From contig JBAZRG010000002.1 of NCBI GenBank assembly GCA_041663145.1, positions 158,618 to 187,165 on the forward strand: DNA of 28,548 nt, written 5' to 3'. The translations under genes and the position numbers were made by a program. This document shows, in pieces, positions 26,611 to 28,548 of the stretch. Each line of letters opens with the position of its first letter. The stretch's first letter is position 1. Below the pieces are notes generated by a model. It did not search any database. It saw only the letters and a list, made by a program, of their open reading frames with translations, and was not told the DNA's origin. Source of the stretch: Minisyncoccota bacterium (GTDB lineage Bacteria > Patescibacteriota > Minisyncoccia > Phycocordibacterales > PALSA-1337).

Positions 26611-27366
26611 ATGTCCGAATACTATAATTCACGTCGAAGCCGTAATCTATTTGATCCTACGAGCACGGAACCTTTCAGGGTCAGTCGGTCGAAGATCGAT
26701 CTCTATTTGAATTGTCCGCTTTGTTTCTATCTCGATTGCAAGTTGGGCGTGGGCAGACCGCCCGGATTTCCATTTGCACTGAACTCGGCCGTAGACGCTC
26801 TTCTCAAAAAAGAATTTGACATTCATCGAGCAAAAAAGAGGCCTCATCCACTCATGCATGCTTACGGATTGAAAGATATTATTCCATTCAGTCATGAGGA
26901 TCTAGATATATGGAGGAGCAATTTTAAGGGTATAAGATACATCCATTCCCCGACAAATCTTTTGGTCACTGGAGCTATCGATGACGTTTGGACTGATTCG
27001 GATGGGGAACTGATAATTGTTGACTACAAATCAACTAGTAAAGAAGAAAAAGTTTCGCTTGATAAAGAGTGGCAGATCGGATACAAGCGTCAAATGGAGA
27101 TATATCAATGGCTTTTCCGACAAAATGGATTCAAGGTTTCAAAAACAGGATATTTTGTCTATTGCAATGGTAAGACAGACAGGGAAGCATTCGACGCCAA
27201 ACTCGATTTTGATATAGATCTTATCCCTTATGTTGGCGATGATTCATGGATCGAAGGCGCTCTCAAGGAATTGAAAGAGTGTCTGTTACTACCAAAACCA
27301 CCTAAACCTGCCGAGACTTGTGATTACTGTTCTTACAGAAAAGCTTCGAGGGATGTTCAGAGATGA
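26611..27366 (+). CDS. PD-(D/E)XK nuclease with cysteine cluster (Cas4-like/RecB-family exonuclease fold)
   Basis: N-terminal CPLCFYLDC plus C-terminal CDYCSY form a 4-Cys Fe-S-type arrangement as in Cas4/AddB. The nuclease core is GAIDDV ... LIIVDYKST ... YKRQMEIYQ (D...ExK, QxxxY). No CRISPR array or other cas genes are nearby. Confidence 0.6.
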   Translation: MSEYYNSRRSRNLFDPTSTEPFRVSRSKIDLYLNCPLCFYLDCKLGVGRPPGFPFALNSAVDALLKKEFDIHRAKKRPHPLMHAYGLKDIIPFSHEDLDIWRSNFKGIRYIHSPTNLLVTGAIDDVWTDSDGELIIVDYKSTSKEEKVSLDKEWQIGYKRQMEIYQWLFRQNGFKVSKTGYFVYCNGKTDREAFDAKLDFDIDLIPYVGDDSWIEGALKELKECLLLPKPPKPAETCDYCSYRKASRDVQR

Positions 27367-27368
27367 TT

Positions 27369-27537
27369 CGTAACCCCCACAACACCCTCATTTGTTTTCC
27401 TCGAACTCTGCTCACAATATACCAACATTTTCACAAAGGATGCGCTACAAGGATTCGCGCATCCTTTGGAAAATGTGTTGGTATATTATTTCGCAGATTA
27501 TTCTCGGAATACAAATGAGGGTGTTGTGGGGGTTACG
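27369..27537 (+). repeat. Long rod-like hairpin element D, about 169 nt
   Basis: Terminal arms CGTAACCCCCACAACACCCTCATTTGT / ACAAATGAGGGTGTTGTGGGGGTTACG are perfect reverse complements (27 bp). There is an inner near-perfect hairpin AATATACCAACA..AAAGGATGCGC-loop-GCGCATCCTTT..TGTTGGTATATT. It begins 3 nt after the stop of the Cas4-like gene. Confidence 0.55.
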
Positions 27538-27653
27538 AAGACTAGTAATGACATCATGGAATGCATAGTGTAAGATATTTCTGTATCCGAGTACTTTAAA
27601 AAGTTTTTCACTCACCCACAAAGAGAGTATTCGATATAGAAAGATGTACCAAT

Positions 27654-28304
27654 ATGGTTTTTGCCAGATTTCCTCTAGCATCGACTAATGGTCGGTCCGT
27701 GATTTCGGTGCAACGTGAAAGACCGAGACCGTGTCGCAGTAGACATGTCGACGAACAGATCGCCGGCATGAGAAAACTGTACAAACAATTGGGTTGGGAT
27801 TTCGATGAATTGGGTCTGATCGTGCCGGAGCGAGTCAAAGGTTTCGATCGACTCATAGTCATGGCTGATACAGAGCTAACCTTCGACAGAGCCTTCGATG
27901 TCTGTAGTCATTCGTTTCCGTGTTGGCGACATCGATCTTGTGACAAGAATCGCAAACATTCAACTAAAGATGAACGTCATCCCAAATCTGGAGTGTATGC
28001 GATCTGGGTTCGGGACAGTATTGAGACTGACTCAGATCTCCGGGGTCTATCTGCCGATGATATCAAGCGAGACGGTAGCATAAGGACAATGACTGCACTC
28101 GAACGTGTTGTTCTTGAAGGCATCTTCTTTATGGAGACTGGTGGTCATCTAGATAGGGAATGTGTCACTTATTGTACTGGATCTCGTTACAAGGACCGTG
28201 GTGTGCCGGGAGCACGACAGGACAATGAAAAGTTTATCATCTACTGGCGTGATCGGTCCAGCAAATTTCCAACCCTGGGTCCACGTCGAGTGATTGCCGT
28301 TTGA
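27654..28304 (+). CDS. Hypothetical protein; GC-rich relative to the window
   Basis: 216-aa ORF; the real start may be the internal ATG at MRKLYKQLGWDFDELG. No family recognised. It is followed by a strong terminator. Confidence 0.4.
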   Translation: MVFARFPLASTNGRSVISVQRERPRPCRSRHVDEQIAGMRKLYKQLGWDFDELGLIVPERVKGFDRLIVMADTELTFDRAFDVCSHSFPCWRHRSCDKNRKHSTKDERHPKSGVYAIWVRDSIETDSDLRGLSADDIKRDGSIRTMTALERVVLEGIFFMETGGHLDRECVTYCTGSRYKDRGVPGARQDNEKFIIYWRDRSSKFPTLGPRRVIAV

Positions 28305-28326
28305 TAAATGGTTTTGCTTTTGTCTT

Positions 28327-28358
28327 GCGCCGATGCACTTTATGGTCGGCGCTTTTTT
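28327..28358 (+). terminator. Rho-independent terminator
   Basis: GCGCCGA(28327-28333)/TCGGCGC(28346-28352) stem, loop TGCACTTTATGG, then TTTTTT. Confidence 0.6.
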
Positions 28359-28548
28359 ATTCATAGATAATTCGTAACCACACACATCATTCTTTTTTCT
28401 TCCTAGAATATTTTGCGAACTTGATATTGAACCCCGAATAACTCACACCTGTCCCTAATAAGACTCCGCAAGTACTTTTCAGCAACCATGAAAGGTGTGG
28501 ACAACCAAGTAATTTAAACGTGTTTGGAACTTCTGATATACTTTCCTT

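Noticed and set aside
28427-28438. TTGAACCCCGAA (reverse complement TTCGGGGTTCAA), matching 12 nt of the A/B repeat core, considered as a third partial copy
   Set aside because: Only 12 nt match with no flanking similarity or hairpin, which is at chance level.

Overview
This is a low-GC (about 35-45%) bacterial chromosomal segment with a Patescibacteria/CPR-like gene set. Almost all genes are on the + strand except one large minus-strand gene, purL. The housekeeping content is: a CYTH protein, a large-type FGAM synthase (purL), a Nudix hydrolase, a DUF2283 protein, a HIT-variant protein, TyrRS, a LemA/TPM pair, an Lmo0937-type mini membrane protein, a ZIP transporter, a DEAD-box helicase, an MsbA-like ABC exporter, a PIF1-family helicase, an SDR, NrnA, a cyclophilin and a Cas4-like PD-(D/E)XK nuclease. 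Two things stand out. (1) A strongly AT-rich island of about 5 kb (roughly 17650-22960) carries a T-box leader in front of a second archaeal-type AspRS paralog. This is followed tightly by an MTA/SAH-nucleosidase-like PNP_UDP protein, a small class I SAM methyltransferase-fold protein and an unusual fusion of an SHMT-like PLP domain with a Pol-beta nucleotidyltransferase. A second, GC-normal AspRS lies immediately downstream. I read this as a candidate T-box-controlled aminoacyl-nucleotide (aspartyl-adenylate-mimic-like) biosynthesis or self-resistance module; that reading is inference. (2) There is a family of very long rod-like hairpin elements, each about 150-170 nt and each directly 3' of a + strand gene. 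Two copies (5468-5628 and 12336-12487) share a near-identical 87-nt core but have entirely different, internally complementary inner stems (compensatory covariation). Two further sequence-distinct but architecturally similar hairpins lie at 14381-14532 and 27369-27537. I found no CRISPR array, rRNA or convincing tRNA.
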